Shown: piece after piece, positions 1 through 13,325 of the stretch
Numbering within the stretch: the stretch's first letter is position 1
Layout: each line of letters begins with the position of its first letter
DNA from: Setoptus koraiensis
Lineage: Eukaryota > Animalia > Arthropoda
DNA: 64,000 nt
Direction: 5' to 3'
Assembly: GCA_048013815.1 (NCBI GenBank)
Contig: CM106585.1
Coordinates: 7,750,001-7,814,000 of the forward strand
Position numbers and translations under genes: made by a program
Notes under the pieces: model-generated
What the model was told of the DNA's origin: nothing
Databases searched by the model: none
The model's input: only the letters and a program-made list of their open reading frames with translations

Positions 1-1635
1 CGAGCTACCACCGAAAAGAATGGCTCGTCTAGACGCGCATGGTAACGGAACATTGTCGATGAAAAGTGAACACAATTTCTTTAAACTCACACACACACAC
101 ACACGAAAAAGAGGCCATAGTTTTGCTGGCTGGCAACAGCAGAGCGAAATGGGGCCCGGCGAGCCGTCGGAATCGTAATACGAGTTGCCAGCAGCAACTA
201 CCAGAGGGGCCCGTAATTTCTAGACAGAGCGTTATTTGCATGCATAATACCGGCGCCACTAGGTGCACATGCATGCATACACATTTATATATATATATAA
301 ATGTATATATCAGAGGCAGCCAGCGAGCGGCGCCAACGGACCAACCAACGGCTACATAAACATGACAGGTGAATTAAGCGTGCGCGCGGGCGCGCGCAGT
401 TATCGGCGGCCCCCATTAAACCTTGAACTGAATTTCGCCCACACGACACACACACACACACACCCGGGCACACGATGACGCAATAGGCGCACTCGCTCCG
501 TTATGCAACGCCGATCGACCAAACCGTTTGGCTGGGGGCTGCAGGCTGGGCCAGGCAAAAGGGGCAACGGGGCAAAGGGGCGCAGAGTGGCGACCGGGCG
601 ACAGGGGCAAGGGGGCCGTCGACAAATAACGATGTACGCTAATCGGGCCCATCAGCAATGACGCCAGTGTCAGCGGCATCACAGTGGCACAAGTGGCAGC
701 GTATTAGCATAAAAAACTACCACTACTCGGCCCCAGTGACGTCGAAGGAGAGCGTCGAAATTAACGGGCGATCATCGACAATTTTGTGAGTTTCTTGCTG
801 GTTGCGCCGTTCGCGCCGCTCTTGTCGCTGCGCTTGCCGGGGGCCCCCGCTCGCCGCTCGCAGCTCGCAGCCAACCAATTAGCGGTGCATGCCGGCGAGG
901 CCCAATTGCGCGTAACAAGCGGGCATAGATCACGTCTTGTGTGCTATGAGAGCGCTGTGAGAGCGCCCGATTGACGCGAAAGACGCGCAACACGCGCAAC
1001 ACGCGCAACACGCGCAAGTGTGCATCAGATGTGGAGGCGCCCAGGCTATAAGTTATAAGCATAAGTGAGTCGATCACCTCTTGCCCGTTGGCTCGCCAAC
1101 CGGCCCGACGCACTGCACGGGCAATATATCAAGCGCCGGCCCGGCCACCTATATGGCGGCCCGTGACGATCGGGCGGCCGCGCCGGCCAGCCGGCTCGCA
1201 ACTTGTGCGCGCCACAAGCGTCAGGCCGGCAATTTCTCACATGGGCCCTAATCTCGCCTCTAATCTTGTGTGATCTTGTGATTTTGTGATGGCGCGATCT
1301 CGCGCGATCCTGTGATCGTTTGATCGTGTGATCGTGTGGTCTTGTCATCTCGCCATCTCGCCATCTCGGCGGCTCGGCGTCTCGCGATCTGGCCGGCCCG
1401 AGCCAGTGTGCAGCCGGGGCGTTTGCCCGAGATGCCAGCGATCGTGTCAATCAAACAGCACGGCACATGTGCACAAAGGGCCCCTCTTGACTTGTGGCGC
1501 GTCTGCGTTCAGCGGCGACACGATAAGAGTTGTTAAATAGTGCCAGACACAACAGCAATTTCTCTATATTTTATTTTATTTCTCTCTACGCACATACTCT
1601 GTATGCACTCCGTATACACTCTGCTGCATACACTC

Positions 1636-1698
1636 CGGCCCGGCGGTATATGAACGGCCCGGCGGTACATGAGCGGCCCGGCGGTACATGAGCGGCCG
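1636..1698. repeat. 19-bp tandem repeat x3 (CGGCCCGGCGGTACATGAG)
   Basis: Read directly from the sequence. Confidence 0.9.
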
Positions 1699-2105
1699 GG
1701 CCGACTGTGCGTGTCGGCCTCCATCTCGTGCGCGTGTTGCGCTCGCTTTTATCTCTCGGTCGTTGCCTAATCTTCTGCGGGCCAACGGGGCCCCACTTCG
1801 GACACTTAGCGCCGCGTTGTAGCAGCGGCCAGCAAGTCATTGTGTGAATGGGCCCGCCAGTGAATGGGCAGCCCTTGTTTTGTTGGCACGCGCAGTTATA
1901 ACGCACAAACAAATAGACAGGCGCACCAGTTTCGGAACCCATTAAAGTCGATCGGCCACGAGAAATCTACGAGAATAAATTACTCTGTCTGGCCGCGAAC
2001 AAAGCCGGCCAGCCAGGCCACGGGGCGTTGGGCTGCCAACGGCGGAACAACAACAACAGCACCTGAGGTGAAAATTGTCACGTGAAATGGTGGCCCCTCA
2101 TTCTG

Positions 2106-2252
2106 GCTGCATTTGTCGCTATATTCGGGCTGCATTCGTCGCTATGTTCGGGCTGCGTCTGTCGCTATGTTCGGGCTGCATTTGCCGCTATATTCGGGCC
2201 CCATTTGCCGCTATATTCGGGCTGCATTCGTCGCTATGTTCGGGCTGCATTC
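2106..2252. repeat. 23-bp minisatellite x~6 (GCTGCATTYGTCGCTATRTTCGG)
   Basis: Read directly from the sequence; period 23. Confidence 0.9.
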
Positions 2253-2880
2253 CGGCTCGCTAGAAATAGCGGGCGATCTCGTTGACCGCTCCGTTCCAGC
2301 TGAATGCGCTCACCTGTCCCGGGGCCGGTTGTCTTGTCGGTGTCCGGCCGGCATAATAGATTAGCCGGGTGGGGCGTGCCTCTAGAAGAGTTTATTTTCA
2401 AAGAAAACTCCAGAAATTGCAATACAACTATCATAGTATTACTATGTACATAGATAATAGATAATGGACAATAGCGGGGTTAATTTTTTAAAAGTCACAA
2501 AGACACACCAGCTACAAACAACACCATTTTCCACTTATATTGACAACTATTACCGGATGACATTTGCGCACACTGGCCGACCCAAGGTGGCCCGTTCATT
2601 TGTTGTCGTCTGGCCAGCTCCGACGTGATACCATCGGATCGTGTCTTGGCACATACTTGGGTGTTGTACGTTGTACACTGTATGCCAACATATACAATGG
2701 ACACTGTCAGTTAGTCGGCAGTGTCAGTCTGTAACAACTGTCTCAACTGTTGTCCTGATCGAATCGATCCTATCCAACTTGATCCGATCCGATCAGGCCA
2801 ATCGCACCTATGATCTGATCAAGCCAATTCCAGACCCGCCGGCTCAACTCGGAATGGACTGTCCGCCAAATAGAGCGCTT

Positions 2881-2931
2881 GCCCAATGTAGGGCCCAATG
2901 TAGGGCCCAATGTAGAGCCCAATGTAGGGCC
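2881..2931. repeat. 12-bp tandem repeat x4 (GCCCAATGTAGG), regenerating GGGCCC at junctions
   Basis: Read directly from the sequence. Confidence 0.9.
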
Positions 2932-5900
2932 AGCGAAAATCATGAGGCCAGCGCAAATGTCGCCGGGAGATGGCGGCTCGAATTAGATAAGATCGCAGAA
3001 GAATTGATATGGAGACAGACAGTGGACAGCGGACAGCGAAAGTTAGCAGCTAAATCATTTTCGTGCAATGATCAGTTTAGGTTGTCTAAGGTGACCCAAT
3101 AGACAACAACAATAACAATAAAGGGCGCCCAGCAAAGCCGGCCGAGATAAGGATCGCGCGAGAAGTCAATTCAAATGGACTCATACATAACACACACACA
3201 TTGAAAAGAGTCACTACACTATCTAGCTTGCTATAACGAGCTATAGAGGGCCATAGAGAGAATGACATCATTACTGAAAGAGGGCGAAATTCTCAGTCGC
3301 TAGGTCGCTAGGCGCCTAGCGACTTGCGACTTGCGTAAGCTGACTTGGCAGCGTCGCTAAGTATATTAGTATAGCAGCAGCAAGCGCTGGCTATATTTGG
3401 AGCTAGTTTGGCCAGTGGTCTCATGTGAGGCGCCGCGATTGCTGGCTTAGCAAATGGCCAGCGGAGTCCGTTAGTCAGCGGGGCCCGTTAGCCAGCCGAT
3501 TGGCGGCGCTGACTGGACATTGGGCACTGGTCAGAGTTCAAACTGGCCACTGCTGCTACTCAATTGATTGTGCCAGTCACCTAGGCACTCATTTGATCGA
3601 TAAATGGGCACCGGTCGCTCCCTCTCTCGCCCGTTCGCTCTCAAGTGGCCTTCCACTTCTTGCAGCCAGCCGCTAACACACACACACACACGCACACACA
3701 CACACACACTATTAGCGGGGGACAATTGTGCTTTAGTTAGTCGCTGCTACTAATATTGGTGCTGGCGGTGGTGTAAAAATGAAATGAGACCCTTCCACTC
3801 CCCCCGCCTCCCATTCTCTCTCCCTATACAGAGTGACAGATAACGGCAGCGCTTTGGGGAGGCAGCGGGCCCGCTCGAAAACAGCCACTGACCATCGGAG
3901 CGAGCAAATGACGCGACAAACTCAGCCCTGTGAGCGACACACGAGCACACACGTCAAACAAGAACGGGGGGCCCCAAAGCAGCGCGCGCAAACCGAAAGT
4001 AAAAGTAAAACCGACAAACTGATTGCATGATTGGGCCCACCGAGAGCCTATTGGAAAGCCATTGGGAATGGGAGAGAACGGAATAACATTGCAGCCAGCT
4101 AACTGGCTGGCTGGCTGGCTGGCTTTCTCGTTGCTGGCTCTCGCACGCATGTACGCGCAGTGTTCACCTTGAACACTGCTCACCTTGATAATGGCTCGCG
4201 TTGCTCGGGGTGTCTCTAACGGGACTTGTGGGCCGACCAACTACCAATCGCGGGCCCCAATCCCTCAATCGGCTAACTGGCAGCCAGATTGAGGGATTGA
4301 GGCGACTACTTGTGGTGATGTTAGCAGCGACCGATTGACTGAAACGGAGCAAAGTGATGCGCGCGCGCGCCCGATCCAATCCATTTCCAAATGTTCACTT
4401 TTCATACACCAATTATAATTGCCTGACCCTCTCTCTCTCTCTTTCCCGCTATTTCTATATTAATTCAACTGACTGAGCCGCGCGTTTCCCCAAGCGACTT
4501 GCACCTAGCTCAGGTGAGTCCGCTAGCCCGGGCTAAGGTCAGAACGGGGGCCCCCCCGTTCATACGTGTGTGTGTTCGCGAAGCTAGCGGCAATCGAAAT
4601 TGTCAGTTGCAGTCGTAGTTGTCGCGACAACAGCGACAGCAGCAGCCGATGACGACAAACAACGCGTTCGTTGCGTTCGTTCGTGTCTACAACTGTCGTG
4701 TTACATATACACGAGGCCAAGTTTACGGCTAACTTGCCCGGCTCGACACACACACACACACAATATCTTGGCTATTGCATTTTAGTCTAGTGCGACCCAA
4801 ATCGGCGACGCCGGCCCCAATGGGCGCAAACCATTGGCAAACACACGTAGGCAATTAATATCAGGCAGCGAAGGTAGTGGCGTTCGGTGGCGAGCTGATC
4901 GCTGTTGGCGCTGCCAGGCCGTAAGTAAATAACATACTATATGACTATATGAGCAAACTGTACAGTACAGTGTACAGTACACATATGTTGTGCGTAATAA
5001 TTGAATATAAATATTGAATTATTTTATGTGCATTCATGCAAGCTAACAGCGACAACAACAACATTATTGCTGCTGCTGCTGATGCAAATAGTGATATCCG
5101 ATGATAGGCAAATTTATCAAACAAATTATCATGTAACAACATTGATGATTATTGTGTTAGCAGCGCCATCACCAGCGGCGCATCAAATACCGAGAAAGAA
5201 ATTTTGATAGACAGATATATCATAGATATTATCATGATAAAGTGCAATATTTGCAGTGCAATGTTTCTAGCTAACCGTGTTAGAGGCGCGCTAAACACTT
5301 CGTGTGTGTGTGTACATATTGATATAGTGATGCAGCAAGCCGCCTATACAGCCAACAAACAAGTGCAACAAACAATAATAAATCAATGATTTAGCTCACC
5401 TTGATTGATCCATTTTGACCGACTCCAAGACACAAGCTGCGTATTCCAATGTTTTGTGTAGCACGTGTTGGGGCACAGATCCATGCTCTAGATGCGCGGC
5501 CAATTCGCGCAAACTGATGAGCGATACAATAATAATTTATTTAGTTATTGTTGCCGTTGTCGTTGATTCGATTTGATTTGATTTAATTCAATTTGAAGCA
5601 TTGATGCATTGATTCATTGATGAGCGGCGATGAAAATTTGGTGTCGAGATTGGCGATTTTGGTTGATTTGCGTGATTTTCATTTTCATTCAGTGTTGCAT
5701 GGCGTTGGAGCGAGTTATTCAACATGTTTCGGCGGGCATTCGTTGATTCCAGTCGGCCAGCATCACGTGGCCCGAGTGTGATGCATTTCGCAGTGATCAA
5801 CGTGTGCAGTTGAGGTTTTCATCGGTTTTCGAACAAGATTTTTTCGAAGAAAATTTTTGGACAATTTTTCGGGGCAATTTTTCGAGATTTTTTTTCAAAA

Positions 5901-5970
5901 TATTTTTTTGATATATTTTTTGAGGAATTTTTTTGTGTAGAAATTTTCGTTTCATAGTTTCGTCGATACG

Positions 5971-6053
5971 GAAATTTCACAGTTTGGGCAATACCGAAAT
6001 TTCACAGTTTGGGCGATGCCGAAATTTCACAATTTGGGCGATATCGAAATTTC
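5971..6053. repeat. 25-bp tandem repeat with GAAATTTC at 5971, 5996, 6021, 6046
   Basis: Read directly from the sequence; exact 25-bp spacing. Confidence 0.9.
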
Positions 6054-6712
6054 ATGGTTTCGGTGATGATTTTTTTTTTTGCAATTTTTATTATCGTTGG
6101 CAGGGGTCGTTGATTTTTTGATTGGTTGTGAGATAAACATTTATGGTATTAGTATTACTGTCCTGATAGAATTGAAATTGAATTCGGCACAGAGGCGCCG
6201 GTAAGTAACGAAAGGGAGGGGGCCTGATGAAATAAAGTGAATGAAACTAAACGGAAAAGAAAAATCATTTGCCCTCAACTAGACATTGTTGATTTGTTTG
6301 CGTTTTTCGCCTCTGATTGGCTAGTTTGCTGGTGGATGGTGCACACTCACTTAGCAAATAGATGCTGTAGGCTATAGGTGGTGCTTATAAACGGTTATCT
6401 AGATAGAGAGCCGAGCGAGTGCGATAATTAATTATTATACAAAGGATCGGCGGCAGCGGGGGCAACTTGGCTCAATGTCGCTGGCGCTGGCTTAGTTCTC
6501 GAATTTCGATTTTGTTCGTGCGTTGAACAACAGCAACAACAACAACGATATAATTTACTGACTTATTTATCGGGATATCTATTTATATATGTATTAATAT
6601 AAATGCGTATATATCAGTTACTTTAGCCCACTGGTGGCTGGAAACTGGAACTTGTGAACTGAAAAGTCTTCTCTTATTTGTTAGCTTTTTCTCTCTTGTT
6701 CTCACTATGTCG

Positions 6713-7042
6713 CTACTTGGCAAATGATGATGGATGATTGAGACGGCACGATGAGGGCCCCCCGTTCGAAGTTGGAACAGCGCACCACGATATTGCGTGC
6801 TGACAATTGTTGTTGTTGTTGTCGGTGATGTTTGTGCTGGGACTGTCGTCGGTTGGCGGTTGTTGGCGTGAGTGGCGCGTCGTGTTGCGCCGCATCGTGC
6901 GCGGATATCGTCGCGCATTAGGCAACGCGTAGCTCGTGGCGAGACCCTCAACACCAGCACCACCGCCAGCGCCACCGCTACCACCGGGGGCGGGAATTGC
7001 GCGCCTTGCCATTGGGACAGGGGAGAGGGGGGCTGGCACCAT
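6713..7042 (-). CDS. Possible coding exon (GGSGGAGGG and poly-N low complexity)
   Basis: 109-codon ORF whose composition resembles the other minus-strand exons. Splice sites are not convincing. Confidence 0.25.
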   Translation of the reverse strand: MVPAPLSPVPMARRAIPAPGGSGGAGGGAGVEGLATSYALPNARRYPRTMRRNTTRHSRQQPPTDDSPSTNITDNNNNNCQHAISWCAVPTSNGGPSSCRLNHPSSFAK

Positions 7043-7924
7043 TGCCGCAAGAGGCCAGACAGAGCCAGAGGGAAAGTTGCCGCTTGCATGTAAGCAGTTG
7101 GCCGGCTGGCTGATAGATGGACAGCAAACACACAGATAGATAAATAGATCTATCGTCTATCTATCGTTTTTCTGGCGGTGTTGCCGTGGACACAATTGTG
7201 CGCACTCGAATCACACACAAAAGTGCTCATGCGCGCCCCCTCACGCCCGTTCATCCGCACCTAATCAGGTGGCAACAGTGGCTCGCACTGTTCAGCGGCC
7301 GGCCGGCGGGCCAACAGTTTAGCCAGCGGACAGGCCAGCTCCGCACCAGACAATTCAGACAGTTTGGCCAAAAGCCCAACAATTGTTGTCTGGTGCGTGT
7401 GTGCGCGGGGCCCCGGCCCGGCCACTGGTTCGGCATCACCTAAGGGGCGCATTTGGATTGGGGCGATTTATAGCGCCGTTGGGGCCCGCGCGCGCGGGCC
7501 CCAACTAGCAAATACAAACCACGCGAGGGAGAAAAGAGCTAGAGGCCAAGACAAGTGCGAGGGACACAAAAGAAAGATACACGAGATACACGCTGGACTT
7601 GGCATACTAATAGACAGCCGGCTATCACTAACATTGGCAGCTGGCAACCATTTCAAAACTTGGAACCAGTTAGACGCAATTGGTCGCCTTTTTTCTTCTC
7701 GGCGCGTCTTCTCGCCGGGCAGTTGTGCTCTCAAAATGGGTCCAGTCGAGAGAAAGAAAAATGGCAAAAATAAAATAATAAACAAAAAATGAGTGACGCA
7801 CAACAATGCTGGTCCACTGAATATTCATATTGTACACGAACACACACACACACACACACGAACACTTACGAGCGTCAGATTATGCCAATCAATGCTAGCT
7901 GGCCAGCGCGATTCGCTGGACCAG

Positions 7925-7986
7925 ACTGGCCGAACCGTTAAACTGGCCGAACCGTTAAACTGGCCGAACCGTTAAACCGGCCGAAC
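7925..7986. repeat. 17-bp tandem repeat x3.6 (ACTGGCCGAACCGTTAA)
   Basis: Read directly from the sequence. Confidence 0.9.
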
Positions 7987-8241
7987 TGCTCGGGCCACTG
8001 AAGCGATAAAGATACGCCAAAATGAAGAGTTTGCAACTGGTCGAGCGGGGGCGCCCGCCAAGCCAAATGGGCAAATGGGTGGAAAAACTAACAAACTGTG
8101 CACAATCAACTCGACTGCGAATTAGGCGCCCAATGGAATTTTTCGCCATTCAATCACGACAAATGTACATGTGTCGCTCTGTCGCCCCACTGTCTCGCTG
8201 GCCAGCAATCAGTAGCGGCCAAGTTGGTCAGTCTCACCAGT

Positions 8242-8331
8242 CGATTTGTTGTCGCCAGCCGATTTGTCGTCGCCAGCCGATTCGTCGTCGCCAGCCGATT
8301 TGTCGTCGCCAGCCGATTTGTCGTTGCCAGC
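8242..8331. repeat. 18-bp tandem repeat x5 (CGATTTGTCGTCGCCAGC)
   Basis: Read directly from the sequence. Confidence 0.9.
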
Positions 8332-9380
8332 GTCACTCAATGGGCGCCAAATCGAGTTATCTATTATCGGCTCTCTGTTGTTTGTCACGGTCGCCGATTA
8401 TGCAACCGTGAACGTCTTGCCAGCATTTGCCTTTTTATTTGCCTATTGTTGGCCGTTCATTTTCTGTCTGTTCGCCACCATCCGAATACCACTTGCTCTT
8501 GTGGGCTGCTCATTGGTGGCTGCTTGCTTATTAGAGCGGGCGTCTCAATATTGAAATTATCATCAATTCAACCAGCACTGATTTTATCTGAATTCATCTC
8601 GGGCTCTCATCGATACACTATATCGGATATAGATCATTTTTGATTTAAACCACTTTTTGGTCGTAATGATTTCTATTGATGTTCGCGTTCCTCAAAATGC
8701 ATTTCATTCATGATTTCTGGTCTTTTTCAGCAAACTGTTCGGGTTTAAATCATAACAAAACGACGATAATGGAAACATGGAGACCCACACTCTGGTTTGT
8801 GTTATGTAATGCAATTATGACGCATTCTTTTTTTTTGCAGTCACATCCTGCGATAAACAAACTGTGAATACAAGACAGTGTAAAAACGGAGCATAGCGCC
8901 ATCTGAGGACCCACACTCGTTCTGACTAGTTGGTTTGTTTTGTTGCTGGCCAACTGAATCAGTGGATGCTTCCGCGACAAACGATGGATCGAAAACAGTT
9001 ACAATTGGACCTCATGTGAGCCATCGGTGTGCACTGATGCAGCACCATGTAGATCAATTGGTCAGCCCGGCCTGGCACTTTGTAACAAAACGAAATTTTG
9101 CTCTCTCAATTTCACTGTCACTTGTCAGCGAACTATGGCCACCAACGGCCATGGCGCGTATTTGTGGAGACAGGTGAGTCTTGAAGCAGCAGCCAACACT
9201 GTGTTGGTGGGCTTAAATCATCTATAGATCATAAAGCACGGGATGACACTTGGGTGCTCGTGCCACATTTCGGCCCTCTTGTGCTGGCTGTTGCTTGCGT
9301 TAATTATTAGCCTATATATATTTGAGGCGATACATGAGCGGATCTGATCGAGAATATATTGCAACCGCTAAAGTTGGGCT

Positions 9381-9388
9381 TATCGATA
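9381..9388. promoter_or_regulatory. DRE-like palindrome TATCGATA (second copy 55501-55508)
   Basis: Exact match to the Drosophila DRE core, followed closely by the palindrome ACGTGATCACGT. Function is unproven. Confidence 0.25.
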
Positions 9389-11292
9389 ACACGTGATCAC
9401 GTAATGAAGTGATACTTTTCGGTAATGTTTTCTCGTGGTTTACACCATCACTGGTGGTTACCAGTGATGCCGTGGTAAAACAAACTGACGATTAGAGGGC
9501 CAACCAAAAGCACAGCCACTAATGACTTTGTCATCGTTGATGCTCGCTGATGCGGCCACACTGACACAGTGACACTATTTCTCTCGTATCGCACCTGATA
9601 GAAACAGAGCAGCAGACATACTGATACACATATATCATAACGTTACGTAACTCTCACACATACCGTTATAAAACAAGACACAAATTCGCACAAATTGAAT
9701 GGACGAGCTGCGAAAGCTGCACGGGCACGAAACGAGCGGCGGCTCATTAGCAATATCATTTTTTAATTAGCGCCAGTTTGGTTAGCGCTGGCTGCCCGTT
9801 AAATGTAACCCATTAAATGTGGGTTATATTTATAGCCGTTAGATACACGCCGACGGAAAATGATGATTCCGGTAATGATTGCGCGGCCAGAGCGCCAGCA
9901 GCCCGTTGAGTGCCGGTGCCCGGTTCGCAAACCCAAATAAATGACTCGTCGTCGCTGGCTCGCTGATTAGATGAGCCAGTGAGCTCGCCGGAGCTGGCTC
10001 ATCTAATCGCTGGCACCCTCGTGCCTGAGTGGCAGTTTCAGGCCTCGGTATCACTGAGTCGGTTCGGGCCTCGGTATCACTGAGTCGGTAGCGAGCAGTG
10101 TATCGTCACCTATGCACTGAATACGCGAATTGAGCAATGCGTGGGGCCCGGCGAGTGCGTGGGGCCCACAGCTCAGTGATACGCGGACAAACGGAGCGGC
10201 TAATGATTGCTATCTGGTGGTCGGCCGGCCGCGCGCTTGTGTGCAAGTTCATTTGATTGGCGCGCCAGTGATGGCGAGCTGGATTAGCTGTGCAACTGTC
10301 AGCGTATTATTATCCGCATATCGCCGTCGTCGTTATGATGATATAAGCCATTGTTGGCGCACTCATTCGCATATTCTCGCATATATATACTCGCATATAT
10401 ATTTATTCTCATATATATATTCGCATATATATATATATACGTTCGCATATATGGGCCGAGAGTGGCCGGTTGCGCCGGTGAGGGCCGGGTTTTGTTTTTG
10501 TGGCGCGCAGCACATAATGAAAATGATTCGCTCGTTGTGTTGTCATCGTAATGGTTGATGTGGTCGCCGTTGGACAGATATGCTAATAACAACAGCAATA
10601 ATCAGCCGACAATGGGCACTTTTGTTGGCAAGCTGACAACAGTTGCCCGCCAGTGCTGGCCGCTGGCCACAGCTGAGCGGGGATAAAATATCAGCGCCAT
10701 CACACCGATATCCGTATTTATATCGGTATGAGTGGGGCCCGCTCATGATGAATAGACCGGTTATTATCATTGCAGTTTAGCGTCGGTTGTGGTCTTGAGT
10801 GAGTGTATCGCGCCGTAAAATGGTGAAATGGTAACAACGGAACAACAGCAAAATAGTAACAGCGGCAAAACGGCGAAACGGGCAAAATGGCGAAACGGGA
10901 AAAATGGCAAAATGGGGGCGCCCAAGCCAAGCGAGCGGCTCAGGTGTTAACCAGGTGAGCCAACGTGACATGCAAGCCAATTGTTGTTGGCTGACTGGCC
11001 CAAACAACCGGCTGACACTAACAAAAAGTGCACTGTTAGTGCACCAGCCAGCCAGCCAGTTTTGCCAGTTTTGCCAGTTTTGCCAGTTTTGCCAGTTTTG
11101 AGCCACTGGCAGCCACAGATAGAAAGATGCAAAAGATAGTTGGCATAATGAATAACGTGGCCGCTTAATCTAATGCAAGCGCAACCATCCATCATGCTGA
11201 TTATTTACTAACAAAAGCATATCGACGACATAACGACGCTACTAATACAACCGCATAGACATCGTGTGTCACTGCTCTGTCGAGATATTGCG

Positions 11293-11508
11293 TCATTGTT
11301 GCCCGTTCGATTGCACTTTGGGTGCTTGTTGTTGTTGTTGTTGATGCTGTTGCTGTTGTTGTCGTCGCTTGTCAGAATGTGTTGTTGTTGGCTGGTGATG
11401 CAACAATTCAGTCGATTGAATTCTCGGTGCGATCATTGTTTCTCTTGTCGCCCGTCGTTCGTTTAGTTTCGCTCTTCCATTTGTCGCGTTGCCATTGTTG
11501 TCGTCATC

Positions 11509-11577
<69 letters not shown>

Positions 11578-11634
11578 GTTGTCGTCGTTATTGTTGTTGT
11601 GTTGTCGCCTCGCAGCGGCACTCAAAATCATCAT
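11293..11634 (-). CDS. Possible coding exon (poly-N/D and poly-Q)
   Basis: 113-codon ORF in the same style as the large exons. It may simply be an open microsatellite. Confidence 0.25.
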
Positions 11635-13313
11635 CTTGTTTTGGTGTGTCGCAACTGACGCGCTCTCTGCCAGCAGCAGCTAGCTCTGTTTGGTTCGCCC
11701 GTTGGCTCTATTTAGCTGCAGTTAGACCACTCCAGTTGTGCCAGTTTATCAATGAAAACAATATTAACAAAGTGTCGTTGTGTCATGCAAATTGTAGCTT
11801 GTTTGTAGCGTGTTTTGTTTACATCATCATCGCATATTCACCAGCGACAACAACAACAGCAGCAGCAGCAGTAGCAACAACAACAACAACAACGACAGTA
11901 ACAGCAACAACAACAACGACAGTAACAACAACAACAGATCACAGGGGCCTCTTGGGCAACAATGGCAACGCTCGCTAGCCAGGACAAAAACAGTTATGCT
12001 AATCAATATTGTCGCGTATCCCCATTGGCTCGCCGGTTGCTCGCTCACAATTGTCAGCTAATGATTGTTGCTTTATGCTAATATGCGTTCAGCGCGTTGT
12101 TTAACGTGTTGTTTGTTGTGTCATTTGGTGGCGCGTTGCCGGCGAGTATAGTGATTGTTGTTTAGTTGTTGTGTACGGTGTACGTACACCGTACACATTC
12201 AACTAATCACTTGCACAATGCACTTTGCACGAGCTACACGTGCTGATATAACGTGCTGATGTAGCGTGCTGTTATAACGCGTGCTTATGTAACGTACTCC
12301 GTACATAACGTGCTACACAGTGTATACAGTGTTGTATCAGAAAGAGAGTGCGCCCCCCATCGGTGAGTGCAAATATTCGTGCAATACGCCAATGCGCGTA
12401 TCGTTTCGCCTTGGCGCCACCAACTGGCCCCATCCGACGGTAACTCGGCTACTTTGGCCGCCACTTTGACCGCTCGCTCACAATCTAGCCATGTATCTAG
12501 CCATGTGTCTGGCCATGTATGTAGCCATGTGTCTGGCCGTGTATCTGGCCGTGTGGGCCACACTTTATCCCCATCAGGCGCATTATATCTTAATGACTGC
12601 GTCTCGGCGACTGTGTCCGCGAATATGCACGAGCAGACATTATGCAAATCATTTTCATTATTGGCTTGCGTAGCATAATAAACGGCCAAACGTAGAAACG
12701 TCCAACTTGAACTGAAACTGGCCACAGATAGGATTTTCTCGGGAAAAACAATCTGCCCATCGAGCGATGTCATGCTTTTATGGCATCTTATGTCCATGCC
12801 AACATCATTATCGTCGCGATGATCGCTATTCAGCGACCAATTAATGCAATTTACACGCACCAATGATGATACCCATCAAATCAGAATTGGCAGCATTTGA
12901 TCACTTGATGACCGCGCCATCAAACCATCGGCCCCTCAGCCTGTTGAGGTGCGCACGCTTCGGGCCGGCTCACTGACACATCCCAATAATCGTTGCTTCG
13001 GCGCTTTTGTATTAATCGAAACAGCTCAACCGGCCACAAAGGCTGAAAAATATCAAATCGACTGGCTGGTAATCGGTTTGTCTCAAACCAACTGTCGGAT
13101 TGCGCGACATGACAAGACAAAGCAACCAAGTTTGAAACATCTACGTATGTAACCTCCCGACGATCAGCCAAAAAGAATCGGCTAATCAAAATTGGTCCAA
13201 GGCACACAAAAAAGCAAGTGGTTGAGCATCAATTGAGACTGTATCTAAACTGGTGATACATGAAGCCAATGATACATCAAATAGTATGGCAAAAATGAAA
13301 AAATGAAATTAGC

Positions 13314-13318
13314 AAAAA
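13314..13318 (-). terminator. Pol III terminator (T5) of tRNA-Val
   Basis: TTTTT on the minus strand 7 nt after the tRNA 3' end. Confidence 0.8.
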
Positions 13319-13325
13319 GCTAATG

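Noticed and set aside
11510-11935. (GTT)n and (CAA)n blocks forming an apparent long inverted repeat
   Set aside because: The complementarity is only that of opposite-orientation microsatellites, with no unique paired sequence.
12285-12863. 192-aa ORF considered as a DH-domain exon
   Set aside because: It lacks the EL..TE..YV and FGN motifs, part of its length comes from a 12-bp tandem repeat, and no family was recognised.
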